A DNA stretch of 56,574 bases from Macrostomum lignano (taxonomy: Eukaryota): contig NIVC01002644.1 of assembly GCA_002269645.1 (NCBI GenBank), forward strand, positions 1 through 56,574, written 5' to 3'. Numbering within the stretch: the first letter of the stretch is position 1; each line of letters begins with the position of its first letter. Below the pieces are notes generated by a model. That model saw nothing but the letters and a program-made list of their open reading frames with translations, was not told where the DNA came from and ran no database searches. The translations under genes were made by a program, and so were the position numbers. This document shows positions 36,901-48,805 of the stretch, in pieces.

Positions 36901-39900
36901 AACAGAAGTTCATGTGGACGCCTCACCAGTCGGCCTGGGTGCCATTCTCAGCCAGGTGGATGAGAAAGGCGCTCGCAAACCGGTCGCCTTCGCCAGCAGG
37001 TCGCTCACGCCAGTTGAGCAGCGATACGCCCAAATTGAACGCGAGGCGCTTGCGGTGAAATTCGGGTGCCTACGTTTCGAGCACTACCTCAGCGGCTGCC
37101 CAGATCTCACAGTCATCACGGATCACCGCCCATTAGTCCCGCTTTTTCAACCTGGTTCCAGGCCTCCACCAAGGATTGAACGGATGGCTTTAAGAGTGCA
37201 GCACCTCAAATTCAAGCTCATCTATCAGCCGGGGCCACAGAATCCAGCGGATGTCCTCAGTAGACAACCTGAAATGCAGACAAAGGACAACCCCGGGGAA
37301 CTCCTGGACAGACGCTTCATCAACGCAGTCGCCATCGGCTCTACTTCGAAAGGACTGAACTTTGCAACAATTCAGGAGGCTTCAAAGTCAGACGGCACGA
37401 TCCAAGCAGCTCTATCAGCTCTACGAACTGGTCAATGGGACAAGCAGAACAGAGAACTGCGAGCCTTGTCCTGCCTGCAGCAGGAGCTTTCAGAACATGA
37501 CGGCGTGCTACTACGGAGCTCGTTGATCGTCATCCCGAGCAGCTTACGTCGGACGGTGCTCCAGCTGGCACATGCAGGCCACCAATGCTGCCGAAAAACT
37601 ATGGACAGACTGCAAACCAAAGTCTGGTGGCCAGCGATGAGAAGCGACTGCCAGACGTTCGTCCAGTCTTGCTTCCCTTGCCAAGCGACATCGCCGAAGA
37701 GCCTCGCACCGCCACCACTCTCACCGTCGCAACTTCCGGACGGAGCATGGCTAGTTCTTGGAATGGACTTTTACGGCCCAGTCCAAGGGAAAATGCTCCT
37801 GGTGACAACCGATCTCTTTTCAAAATTTCCCGAGGTCGACATAGTCAGCTCAACATCAGCAGAGGCAGTGCTTCCGCATCTCCGGACTCTGTTTAGCAGA
37901 TACGGCATCCCGTTGGAAATCGTCAGCGACAATGGACCTCCGTTTAACTCGGCAGAATTCACAAACTTCCTCTCAGAGTTCGGCATCAAGCATCGCCGGA
38001 TCTGTCCGCTGCACCCAGAGGCGAACGGAGCGACCGAGCGAGTCAACAGGTGCATCAACAAGGTTATCAGAGCGGCCATCGCAGAAGGACGCAACTGGCG
38101 CACCGCACTCGACGACTGGCTGCTCGCTCATCGCGTCACTCCGCACTCGGCAACTGGCGTGGCACCAGCCGAACTGCTCATGGGCCGAGCTCTCAACGAC
38201 GGCCTCCCGTCAATCCAACCATCGCAGCCTGTGCAGCACGACCGAGCCGAACTCGCAAAGCGTCACGAGGCCTACAACAACCAGATGGCAGCAGGTTTCA
38301 ACCGCTCCAGGAGGGCCAAGACAGCCAATGTCAAGCCGGGTTCGGCGGTTCTCCGCAAGCGGACGAGACGCACGAAAACTCAAACGCCTTTCGAGCTCGA
38401 ACCCTGGACCGTCACCGACAGGCGAGGCGATTCCTACGTCCTGCGGCAAGGCGACCGGACATGCACTCGCCACCTGACGCACATCCGGCCTCTGACAGCG
38501 ACCGAGGACCCACCACCAGAAGCGGACGCTGGCGCCGCCTCGCCGGAGCGCGGCATTGCTGAGAGGCCGCACCCGAGAGCGGCCAAGGACAAGCCTATCA
38601 GCTACAGAGTTTGACGGGTTTTGACGGGTAACTGGTGCTAAGGGCTGAGACAAGTGTTTTTTACCCTTAATGTTTTATTCCTTTTTCCTTATCCTTTTAA
38701 TCCGCATTTTTGAGCTTTTTCGTTTTTTGGGGAGAAGTGTAATTGCCTCGCAATATTATTATCAATTTGTTCTAAATAGGCGAGTGAGTTATATTATAAA
38801 TGTACATCTTGTGTCGCATGAGTCATGTACGCCGTACGCGTAAAACCTCAAATATATATATCGCTAACCTGGCCAGTTAGGGCCCCGTGTTTGATTTTCT
38901 CGCTCAGCTTAACACGCGGCCTTCAGACTTTACAGGGATTAGCGGTGGATATGGGGAGGGATTAACAACGAATCTCAGGGAGGGATTAATGACGAATCTC
39001 AGGGAGGGAGTAGCGGCGAATCTCAGGGAGGGAGTAGCGGCGAATCTCAGGGAGGGAGTAGCGGCGAATCTCAGGGAGGGAGTAGCGGCGAATCTCAGGG
39101 AGGGGTAGCGGCGAATCTCAGGGAGGGGTAGCGGCGAATCTCAGGGAGGGAGTAGCGGCGAATCTCAGGGAGGGAGTAGCGGCGAATCTCAGGGAGGGGG
39201 TAGCGGCGAATCTCAGGGAGGGGGTAGCGGCGAATCTCAGGGAGGGAGTAGCGGCGAATCTCAGGGAGGGAGTAGCGGCGAATCTCAGGGATGGGGGTAG
39301 CGGCGAATCTCAGGGAGGGGGTAGCGGCGAATCTCAGGGAGGGAGTAGCGGCGAATCTCAGGGAGGGAGTAGCGGCGAATCTCAGGGAGGGAGTAGCGGC
39401 GAATCTCAGGGAGGGAGTAGCGGCGAATCTCAGGGAGGGATTAATGACGAATCTCAGGGTGTGATTAGCGGCAAATATCAGGGAGGGATTAGCGGCGAAT
39501 CTCAGGGAGGGATTAACGACGAATCTCAGGGAGGGATTAATGACGAATCTCAGGGTGGGATTAGCGGCGAATCTCAGAGTGGGATTAGCGGCGAATCTCA
39601 GGGAGGGATTAATGACGAATCTCAGGGAGGGAGTAGCGGCGAATCTCAGAGTGGGAGTAGCGGCGAATCTCAGGGAGGGATTAATGACGAATCTCAGGGA
39701 GGGAGTAGCGGCGAATCTCAGAGTGGGAGTAGCGGCGAATCTCAGGGAGGGATTAATGACGAATCTCAGGGAGGGAGTAGCGGCGAATCTTAGAGTGGGA
39801 TTAGCGGCGAATCAGAACGATATCGAACGATTTCACCTATACAGTGTACAATACACACAAACTTACTAAAGTCTAAACGTTTGCACGTGACTGGCGGATG

Positions 39901-42365
39901 CGACATGCAGGCGAACACGTCGTTGACGCTGAGGAATCTGGTTACTATGGGAGCGGAGACCGGCTGGCCCCGGCAGAGACCCCAGGCCAGCACTAATCCG
40001 GTCTCGGTCACGCCAGCCGAAGTGTGACTATAATGTATAGCGCCAATATCAATAAATCTGCCGCGCTGTTGCAGCACTCGGATCGGCGTGAACGCGTTAT
40101 TGCCGTTATTGTTGGAGCCGCCGCTGCTGCCGCCTCCGCAGCCGCCGCCGCCGCCCCCTCCGCTGCTGCTATCGCCATTCGACCGGCAGTCCAAGCGGCC
40201 CAACTGGCCGAACGAATTCGCACCCCAGGCCCATAATTCGCCTTCGTCCGTGAGCGCCAGCACGTGACTCTGGCCGCAGGCTAAACTGTCGATAAATCGA
40301 CGCTCAAGCGACGTCAATCGGACTGGCACGTTCTGATTAGCGCCGCTCGCGCCGCCGATGCCCAGCTGGCCGTGCTTGTTGCAGCCCCAGGAGAACACTT
40401 CGCCGGCGACGCTGACGGCGAACGAAGCGGATTGACAGGCGCCGACGCGGCGAATTCGACGATTCGTTAGCGGCCCGGCGAGGCGCCTTGGCGAAGGCTG
40501 GTTGACTGTGGTGCCCGAGCCCACCTGTGGAAGGAGGGCGATTAGACTAGACTGAGAGATGAGACAGGAGAGCGGGTCACTGTATACAGAAGAAAAAAGG
40601 AAACTCGCTTTGGATTATCAAATGTATTTTCCTTCCGCATCTTGTTTCTAGAGCTCTAGGAGAGAGGAGATTAGCCAGGAGAGAGAGGAGATTAGCCAGA
40701 AGAAAGAGAGGAGATTAGCCAGAAGAAAGAGAGGAGATTAGCCAGAAGAAAGATAGGAGATTAGCCAGAAGAAAGAGAGGAGATTAGCCAGAAGAAAGAG
40801 AGGAGATTAGCCAGAAGAAAGAGAGGAGATTAGCCAGAAGAAAGAGAGGAGATTAGCCAGAAGAAAGAGGAGATTAGCCAGGAGAGAGAGGAGATTAGCC
40901 AGGAGAGAGAGGAGATTAGCCAGGAGAGAGAGGAGATTAGCCAGGAGAGAGAGGAGATTAGCCAGGAGACAGAGGAGATTAGCCAGGAGAGAGAGAGGAG
41001 ATTAGCCAGGAGAGAGAGAGGAGATTAGCCAGGAGAGAGAGGAGATTAGCCAGGAGAGAGAGAGAGGAGATTAGCCAGGAGAGAGAGGAGATTAGCCAGG
41101 AGAGAGAGAGGAGATTAGCCAGGAGAGAGAGAGGAGATTAGCCAGGAGAGAGAGGAGATTAGCCAGGAGAGAGAGAGAGGAGATTAGCCAGGAGAGAGAG
41201 GAGATTAGCCAGGAGAGAGAGAGGAGATTAGCCAGGAGAGAGAGAGGAGATTAGCCAGGAGAGAGAGGAGATTAGCCAGGAGAGAGAGAGGAGATTAGCC
41301 AGGAGAGAGAGGAGATTAGCCAGGAGAGAGAGAGAGGAGATTAGCCAGGAGAGAGAGGAGATTAGCCAGGAGAGAGAGAGGAGATTAGCCAGGAGAGAGA
41401 GGAGATTAGCCAGGAGAGAGAGAGAGGAGATTAGCCAGGAGAGAGAGGAGATTAGCCAGGAGAGAGAGAGGAGATTAGCCAGGAGAGAGAGAGGAGATTA
41501 GCCAGCGAAAGAATTTCCCTCACCTGTCCGCAGTTATTGCAGCCCCAAGCGTAGACCTCGCCGTCCTGTGTTAGCGCCAAGGAATGACTGGCGCCGCAGG
41601 CGATGCTGCACACCTTGAGCAGGCTGGACAGGGTTGGCTGCAGCAGTTGATTAGTATTGCCGTTGCCTAGTTGGCAATGACTATTGCTGCCCCAGGTGTA
41701 CAGATCTCCGCTGTCAGTCAGGGCCAGGAGGTGCGGCCCGCTGCCGCTGGCCAATTCAACTACTCGACAGCCGCACAGGGCGTCAAGTTGAACGGACAGG
41801 CCGCCAGGGACATTCAGGTGGGCTTCGGAGATTATGCCAGGGCCTAGAAAGATTAGAGTACAGTGTAGCGAGATTACTATTGATATTGATATACTTTCGC
41901 GTAGCAACCATTTAAATTAGCTAATATTGTACTAGTGAAGCATCAGATATATTTGATTTGCGGTCAATCAATTGTTGATAAATCAGCATTACGTCCCGAA
42001 TTTATTCATCACAATAAGAAGGGAGGAGGGAATAGAGACAGGATGGAGGGTAAGGGAGAAAAAGAGGGTGGAGATTAGGGGAGAGAGGGGGGCATAGAGG
42101 GGACACATGAGAGGGGGTCACAGGGAGAGAGGGGATACAACAAAAGTACACACTAACCCGCGGTCCCGTTGCCGATGCAATATACGCAATCGTCCCCAGT
42201 AACTAACACAGCCTCGTTGCCATTGGCTCCGTAGACAAAAGCGAAGGCAACCCGGTTGAGCAGTTCAGCGTCCAGTAGGCTAAACAGGCCCCAGCGGTCA
42301 AGCATCGATTGGGTTATCGAGCCGATGTCACCAACTAAGGGTGCGACGCTTGGAGACTCCGACAT
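30947..42365 (-). CDS. RCBTB1: RCC1 and BTB domain-containing protein (RCBTB1/2 homolog), 6 exons, 579 aa
   Basis: Exons 42365-42158, 41843-41524, 40524-39867, 34175-33988, 33294-33070, 31087-30947 (1740 nt, in frame). RCC1 repeats (GSGPHLLALTDSGDLYTWG), BTB (SDVTFQVDGKLIHAHKSILRIRCDHF), C-terminal GAFKY. Confidence 0.94.
31228..32950. repeat. 16-bp minisatellite (TCCACAATCCACAAAC), ~105 copies, RCBTB intron 5
   Basis: Tandem periodicity; source of the 598-aa artefact ORF. Confidence 0.96.
33405..33965. repeat. 18-bp CT-rich minisatellite (CTCTACTCTCTGTCTGTT), RCBTB intron 4
   Basis: Tandem periodicity. Confidence 0.93.
34290..34371. repeat. Left stub of the 24-bp array interrupted by Gypsy element 2
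   Basis: Units CGAATCTCAGGGAGGGATTAG continue at 38935. Confidence 0.85.
34372..34568 (+). repeat. 5' LTR of element 2
   Basis: 195/197 identical to the 3' LTR. Confidence 0.95.
34570..34582 (+). promoter_or_regulatory. Primer-binding site TGGCGTCGCAAGC (cognate tRNA not determined)
   Basis: Starts with TGG 1 nt after the 5' LTR. Confidence 0.7.
34606..38614 (+). pseudogene. pol: gag-pol of element 2 (Gag, CX2CX4HX4C knuckle, PR LVDSGAS, RT, RNase H, integrase) with 2 stops and 2 frameshifts
   Basis: TGA at 35764-35766 (G*ETAF), -1 nt near 35800, TAA at 36183-36185 (RIC*DLR), -1 nt in the A-run 36791-36796; RNase H-integrase ORF 36890-38614 is intact (MDFYGP, SDNGPPF, NGATER). Confidence 0.9.
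38729..38737 (+). promoter_or_regulatory. Polypurine tract GGGGAGAAG of element 2
   Basis: Directly abuts the 3' LTR. Confidence 0.8.
38738..38934 (+). repeat. 3' LTR of element 2
   Basis: See 5' LTR. Confidence 0.95.
38935..39815. repeat. 24-bp minisatellite (GCGGCGAATCTCAGGGAGGGAGTA), RCBTB intron 3
   Basis: Tandem periodicity, ~36 copies. Confidence 0.95.
40660..41503. repeat. 21-25-bp minisatellite (GGAGATTAGCCAGGAGAGAGA[GA]n), RCBTB intron 2
   Basis: Tandem periodicity with variable GA tail. Confidence 0.95.
41938..42016 (-). ncRNA. SNORD82: SNORD82-like C/D snoRNA (copy D, divergent) in RCBTB intron 1, sense strand
   Basis: C box GTGATGA (42012-42006), intact guide GGGACGTAATG, D' CTGA (41986-41983), D CTGA (41946-41943); D box ~100 nt upstream of the 3' splice site; no clear terminal stem. 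Confidence 0.8.
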
Positions 42366-42504
42366 GCCGCTACTGGTTGTAGGAGGCTGCTGCCTCTAGC
42401 ATGAGCAATTATTTTATTGATTAGCTCTCGCAGTTGCAGTTAATTTATTGTGCAAAAATACTACATTTTCATCGCCATGCACTTGAGAGTTAGAGAATCT
42501 TGTT

Positions 42505-42900
42505 TAGTGTGGTAAAGCCTAGTAAAATCTTGCTTGGTGTGGTAGAGAGCCCGAAAATCTAGCACGATGTGGTGGAGAGCCCGAAAATATTCTTTGGTGT
42601 CGTAGGAAGCCCGAAAATTCTTCTATGGTGCGGTAGAGAGCCCAAAAAAAACTCGCTTGGTTATGTAGAGAGCCCGAAAATCTTGATTGGCGTAGTAGGG
42701 AACCGAAAAATCTCGCTTGGTGAGGTTGAGCCCGAAAATATAGCTTGGTGTGGTAGAGAGCCCCAAAATTCAATCGGGTGTTGAAGACGTTCGACATTTA
42801 ATCCGATGTGGTAGAGAGCCCCTAGATTCCAACTGATCTGGAAGAGAGCCCCAACATTGCTATCTGATGTGGTAGCCTCAAAATCTAGTCTGAGCCGAAT
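42505..42900. repeat. Degenerate ~40-bp tandem repeat (GGTGTGGTAGAGAGCCCGAAAAT...)
   Basis: Motif recurs ~8-9 times. Confidence 0.75.
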
Positions 42901-43238
42901 GATATAGCACCAGAGTACTCGAAATGTTCAAAATCTAATGTAGGAAATGTATAGTAACATAAAATTTCGCTGTCAAAAGCAGCGAAAACCAAACACGCAA
43001 AATGGAGCTACAAAAATATGTATTTATTTACCGGTAATAGCATTCAAACTTTTAGGAGACAGTTGATCAATTCGATTAGCAATTACAAAAATGCAAACAC
43101 AAATTTTAGTTTAAACATTGTACACTTTAAACACAAAAAATTATTAATTAATTGAGCTTTGTCAGCATTAATTATTTGGACAATGAGGGGTTGGCAAATT
43201 CGCTGCCCCGCGAAGCCTCTTAGCCCTCCTCCCGTTGA

Positions 43239-43590
43239 AAACGTTACCGTGACAAGAATCGCTAAAGAGTCATTGCAAACAAATCACTAGTGACTCCAGA
43301 CCGACTCTCCCGACTTTTTAACAACCCAGAGGCGACGTGTTGTGTCGTAAGAGTCGCGAAAGAGTCGTCCAAGAATTGTTGTGTTGGCGCTTAACTTTCT
43401 ACTAACTCAGTAGGCTAGTTAGAGAGTGCAATTCGAATTCAATAAGCGCCTTTTTTCGGCCACTTTTTCTAGCAACTGGAGAACGCCGCTGAGACGCCGG
43501 AGATGTGACTTTAATTCATGAAGCGACGCAAATGCGCTTTAATCGCAACTCAGTGACGATCTACAGCGACTTTGGCACGCACCAAATACG
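43239..43590. repeat. Inverted copy of the DNAJC7 intron-2 dispersed repeat, downstream of the CDC23 stop
   Basis: See 21605-21921. Confidence 0.8.
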
Positions 43591-43716
43591 ACTCTACGAA
43601 CCTATTTTACGTGCGTTACCTGCAACGACTCCGGGGCGACGCAAGTGACTCTGGGACGCTACTTGGCCTGGTTACCCGTTATCAAAAAAGTTTGCCAAAC
43701 CCCCGATCTGGGCGCA

Positions 43717-46700
43717 TCAATTCTTTGCCCAACCAAACGAAGTTGCAACAGCGCCAGTGGCGGCGACGGCGGCGCCAGCGCCAGCTGTAGCGCGCAGTCC
43801 AATCTGGCGCAGCAGATCTTTGCCGAATTCTTTAGTCTCGGCATAGTCTAAGCACATCTTGGCGGCTTTGGCAGCCTCCTCAGTCTGGTTGCGATCCAGA
43901 TAGTGCTGGGCCAAGAATCGATAGGCTGCCGGCTCGGCTTTGGTGTCTGTGGCGCCACTTTTGATCACTGTGCTGACCAGCATCAGGTAGGCGTTGCACG
44001 CGTTGTCCTGCGGATTAATGGCGCGTAGTTGAGAGATTAGATAGATTAAATCTAAGTCTTTATTATATAATCTCAACCTACGGATTCTTGTGATGATTAA
44101 TACGATAATTCAACCCTAGAAATTAACTGTCAGCAAAATCTCACACCGTTCGAATAAGATTATCATTGAGAAAATCTGTATTAAAAATCCCACTATTAGG
44201 ATTTTCCGTATCACGAATCCCCGAGATTTGATCTGCTATAAGAATCTCAAACTTGAGTTTTTCTGTTCTAAGAATCTCCCCCGTGAGATTATCTGCCATA
44301 AGAATCTCACTCTTAAGACTATATTTTCCAAGAATCTCACTCTGAAGACTATCTTTTCCAAGAATCTCACTCTTAAGACTATCTTTTCCAAGAATCTCAC
44401 TCTTCAGACTATCTTTTCCAAGAATCTCACTCTTAAGACTATCTTTTCCAAGAATCTCACTCTTCAGACTATCTTTTCCAAGAATCTCACCCGTGATAAT
44501 CTCAAGAGTGAGATTTTTATCTGCTATAAGAATCTCATTTATTCGAACAGCATTCCCCAGGAGTTGAAGCGGTCATCAAAGAACCCGACGGTAGTCTCAC
44601 CTTCTCGCCCAGATGTTCGTACAGCTCAGCCAACCGGAACAGGGCCATTGTGTCCGGATCGCCCAAGTGAAACGCTTTCACGTAGCATTTCTTCGCCTCC
44701 TCATTGAGACTAACCCGACTGTAGCTCTCGCCCAGGGCAACCATAATGCGAGGATCTGTATTGCACAGGCGTTGGCATTCGCGGAAATAATAAATTGCGT
44801 AATAGGATTTGTTGTTTAATTCGTGCGCGTGGCCCAGGCCGTACCAGCCGCGGTAGTCCGCCGGGTTGAAGGTGACCGCCTTGTGGTAGGCTTGGATAGC
44901 ATTGCTCACCTGCTCGGGCGGGTTAGGGATAGGGATTATTACCTGCGCAGGTCACTCTTAGCTGTCTACCTGTCCACCACACTGTCTGAACTCTACCTGT
45001 CCACCACAACTGTCTGAACTCTACCTGTCCACCACAACTGTCTGAACTCTACCTGTCCACCACACTGTCTGAACTCTACCTGTCCACCACAACTGTCTGA
45101 ACTCTACCTGTCCACCACAACTGTCTGAACTCTACCTGTCCACCACAACTGTCTGAACTCTACCTGTCCACCACACTGTCTGAACTCTACCTGTCCACCA
45201 CAACTGTCTGAACTCTACCTGTCCACCAGACTGTCTGAACTCTACCTGTCCACCAGACTGTCTGAACTCTACCTGTCTACTTTATCTGAGCTCTACCTGT
45301 CCACTCTATCTGAACTCTACCTGTCCACTCTATCTGAACTTTACATGTCCACTCTATCTGAACTGTCCACTCTATCTGAACTCTACCTGTCCACTCTATC
45401 TGAACTCTACATGTCCACTCGTTCTAGAACTCTAATTGTCCACTCTATCTGATCTGATCTGATCTGAACTCTACCTGTCCACTCTATCTGAGAACACTGA
45501 AATCTACCTGTCCTATAGAAAATGTCAATCCAAAAAAGTCCCGAAGCGGAACAGCTACCTGCTTCAATTCCAGGTACTCGTGCCCAACCAGGATCCACAC
45601 CAAAGCATAGTCGGGCCTGAGTCGCAGGGCCCGTTGAAAATAAGACAGCGCCTTGTCGTGACTGCCTCTTAATCCGTAATAATTGCCAACAACGCAGCAG
45701 GTCTCCGGTCGGTACTTATCAACTAGGACGCATTGGTGCGCCAGATCGGCCATCAGAGAGTGATTGTTGTCAACGTACAGAATGTTGGAGTAGACATCGG
45801 CACCATCTAGGGCGCATCTGTCAGGGTGGGTAGGCCAGTTTGTTTTTTAATTAGCGAGCGAGTTGCGAGCACAGCTACTCAATAGATTTCTGCTACACTG
45901 CTACTCAGCTACTCAATTGATTTCTGCTACACTGCTACTCAGCTACTCAATAGATTTCTGCTACACTGCTACTCAGCTACTCAATTGATTTCTGCTACAC
46001 TGCTACTCAGCTACTCAATTGATTTCTGCTACACTGCTACTCAGCTACTCAATTGATTTCTGCTACACTGCTACTCAGCTACTCAATTGATTTCTGCTAC
46101 ACTGCTACTCAGCTACTCAATTGATTTCTGCTACACTGCTACTCAGCTACTCAATTGATTTCCACAGAATCGCCTGTTCAGCTGTTCATCCGCGCAAATA
46201 CCACAACCGTTAATCTGTAGGATCTAATTATTTTAATCCGCTGAATCTCATACTCTGTTAATCCGCTGAATCTCATACTCTGTTAATCCGCTGAATCTCA
46301 TACTCTGTTAATCCGCTGAATCTCATACTCTGTTAATCCGCTGAATCTCATACTCTGTTAATCCGCTGAATCTCATACTCTGTTAATCCGCTGAATCTCA
46401 TACTCTGTTAATCCGCTGAATCTCATACCCCGTTAATCCACTAAACTTCATACCAAGTTCATCCGCTGAATCTCATTACTCTGTTAATCCGCTGAATCTC
46501 ATACCCTGTTAATCCACCGAAATTCACACCCTGTTAATCCACCGAAATTCACACCCGTTAATCTGCTAAAACTGGAACCATTAAATCAATCAGCTTAATC
46601 GGAATTCTTAGAACGGCTCTAGAAATGTATAAAAAACCAAACAAGCAAAAAAGCAAAGTCGAACAAATCCAGAAACTTGCCTATCAGACTCGAACAGCTG

Positions 46701-48171
46701 TTTAAACACAGCCTTAGCCTCGCCCATGGATCTCTGCTGATCCTTCACAATGCCCAGATAGCGCATCAGATAGGCGCAATCGGCAAGGCAGCCGCCATGC
46801 GCTGCAGTCAATTCGTTTAGCAGCAGTTCCGCTTTGCCGCTCTCGTGCAGTCGAACATAGGCGGCAACTAAAAAGAACTGACGCATCCAATGCCTAGGCA
46901 AGACTAGGCCTTCCAGTTCGTGCCGATTTCGTACCAGATCGGCCAGCATTGACCAGGCCGGCCACAGGGCTGACTCCTGCCTCAGTGAGGTGGTCAGCGC
47001 CGCGCTAGCCTGATCCTCGTAGCCCAACGATTTCAGCACCAGCGCGTACAGATAGTAACAGTAGGCGTCCAGGCCGGGACCTGGACGGCGAATTCGAAGT
47101 TCGAGTTCGCGTTTGATCTGCAAAAGTTTTATTTTTAATTGGAGGTGTAGATAAGAAACTAGAATGCATGCTTTAAGCTCTTGTACTTTGATGTACATTG
47201 GCGGCGATTACGGCGACTATCCCGGCAGGGTAGGGATAATAGTTTGGAATGTACATTAGCGGCGGGGCGGGAATAATTGTTTTAAATGTACATTGGCGGC
47301 GGGGCAGGAAGAATTGTTTTGAATGTACATTGGCGGCGGGGCAGGAATAATTGTTTTAAATGTAAATTGGCGGCGGGGCAGGAATAATTGTTTTAAATGT
47401 ACATTGGCGGCGGGGCAGGAATAATTGTTTTAAATGTACATTGGCGGCGGGGCAGGAATAATTGTTTTAAGTGTACATTGACTGCTGGGCAGGAATGCCC
47501 AGAGTAGCCTTTACACGCATAGCTATCCCCGCACTAACCTCGATCAGTTCATTCTGCACAACGGCACTACGGGAGCCTCCTAAACCGGCCGCTCCGCCAA
47601 CTACAGGAGCAGGCTGCTGCTGTTGCTGCTGCTGCGGTGATTGTTGCTGCTGCTGTTGTTGCTGCGTCGACGGTTGCTGCTGTTGCAGCCAACGCAGCTC
47701 GGCTTCGTCGTCCAATCGACGCTTCTCAGCGGCTCGATACTTTGAGTACAAATACAGAAAATACAGCAGCGGATGCGACGACTGCTCAGCGCTATCGTTA
47801 GCGCAACGCTTCTTAGCGTAGGCGCAAGCGCGTAGAAATTCTCCCCGATCCAAATAGGATTTGGCTAAACAGTAGGCGGTATAGCCGTCGGAGCCCAGGC
47901 TCAGTATGAGCTCGCAGGCCGACTGCGCTGAGCCGCTGCTGCCGCAGGCGCCTCCTCCACCGCCACCTCCTTTAGCCAGCAGACAATCGGCAATTTCTGC
48001 CAGCCAAGAAGCCGACGCATTCAAGCCGCGCATCTGGCACTGCGGCAACAGTCGGCTAACATCGTCAAGAGCCCGACGGGGCGTCGGGGGTGGAACAGGT
48101 GGAAGATGCCGCTGAGCCCGCTGCTGCTGAGGCGGCGGCGGTGGCTTTAGATCGGGAGTTGAAATATCCAT
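43717..48171 (-). CDS. CDC23: Cell division cycle 23 / anaphase-promoting complex subunit 8, 5 exons, 642 aa
   Basis: Exons 48171-47539, 47117-46681, 45817-45559, 44909-44601, 44007-43717 (1929 nt, in frame with a GC donor in intron 2). DKYRPETCCVVGNYYGLR, VGHEYLELK, DYRGWYGLG match APC8 TPRs. Confidence 0.94.
44300..44490. repeat. 30-bp minisatellite (AAGAATCTCACTCTTAAGACTATCTTTTCC), CDC23 intron 4
   Basis: ~6 copies. Confidence 0.9.
44965..45490. repeat. 27-28-bp minisatellite (TGTCTGAACTCTACCTGTCCACCACAAC), CDC23 intron 3
   Basis: Tandem periodicity. Confidence 0.92.
45870..46165. repeat. 34-bp minisatellite (AGCTACTCAATTGATTTCTGCTACACTGCTACTC), CDC23 intron 2
   Basis: ~8 copies. Confidence 0.93.
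46235..46570. repeat. 25-bp minisatellite (TAATCCGCTGAATCTCATACTCTGT), CDC23 intron 2
   Basis: ~12 copies, degenerate at the right end. Confidence 0.92.
47200..47480. repeat. 37-bp minisatellite (ACATTGGCGGCGGGGCAGGAATAATTGTTTTAAATGT), CDC23 intron 1
   Basis: ~6 copies. Confidence 0.9.
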
Positions 48172-48559
48172 TTTTTTCACCTGGAAATCAAGAGTTACAC
48201 AAATTATATATAGGGAAAATTTTCTGTCCAATATATCTTAACCAAGATCGCCTTGCTAAAGCCAAAGATACTGTTAACTATTGATAGTTGTCACCAACAA
48301 AAAATGCTCATTTGGTAGCAAAAGTAGCGCTTTTCGCTTTCACTAAATTTATTAAATTTCAATACATTTAAATTCAAAGCTTTTCTGAAGTTGCAACAAT
48401 CGCCCTGGACTCTCTACAAGCGGACCCATTGATTTAACATCTTCATCCTGTTTGAAGCTGCACCCAAATCCAATGCGTGTGCATAGCGAGCAAGAGAAAA
48501 CGGCTGGCGCCCCAACCAGGCTGAGAACCAGTTTGGCTCTCATCTTGCCGCTTGTCTGA

Positions 48560-48805
48560 CTGTCCTCTTTTTCTTACTGCTCTCTCATTGGCTGAGCCAG
48601 TTTGGGCCTGCGGCCCCCTAGGCTGAGTCTTATCCGTCTGACTTTTAACCTCTCTCCTTACTGCTCTCTCATTGGCTGAGCCAGTTTGGGCCTGCGGCCC
48701 CCTAGGCTGAGATTTATCTGTCTGACTTTGACCTCTCTCCTTACTGCTCTCTCATTGGCTGAGCCAGTTTGGGCCTGCGGCCCCCTAGGCTGAGTTTTAT
48801 CCGTC
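48560..48805. repeat. ~84-bp triplication upstream of CDC23, each copy with a CCAAT box (minus strand)
   Basis: TTACTGCTCTCTCATTGGCTGAGCC at 48574, 48658 and 48741. Confidence 0.85.

Larger units (their letters stand above)
34372..38934 (+). mobile_element. Full-length Ty3/Gypsy LTR retrotransposon, Mag-like, antisense in RCBTB intron 3
   Basis: 197-bp LTRs TG...CA (34372-34568, 38738-38934) differing at 2 sites; 5-bp TSD GGGAT; PBS and PPT present; gag-pol with tandem Cys/His knuckles. Confidence 0.95.
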
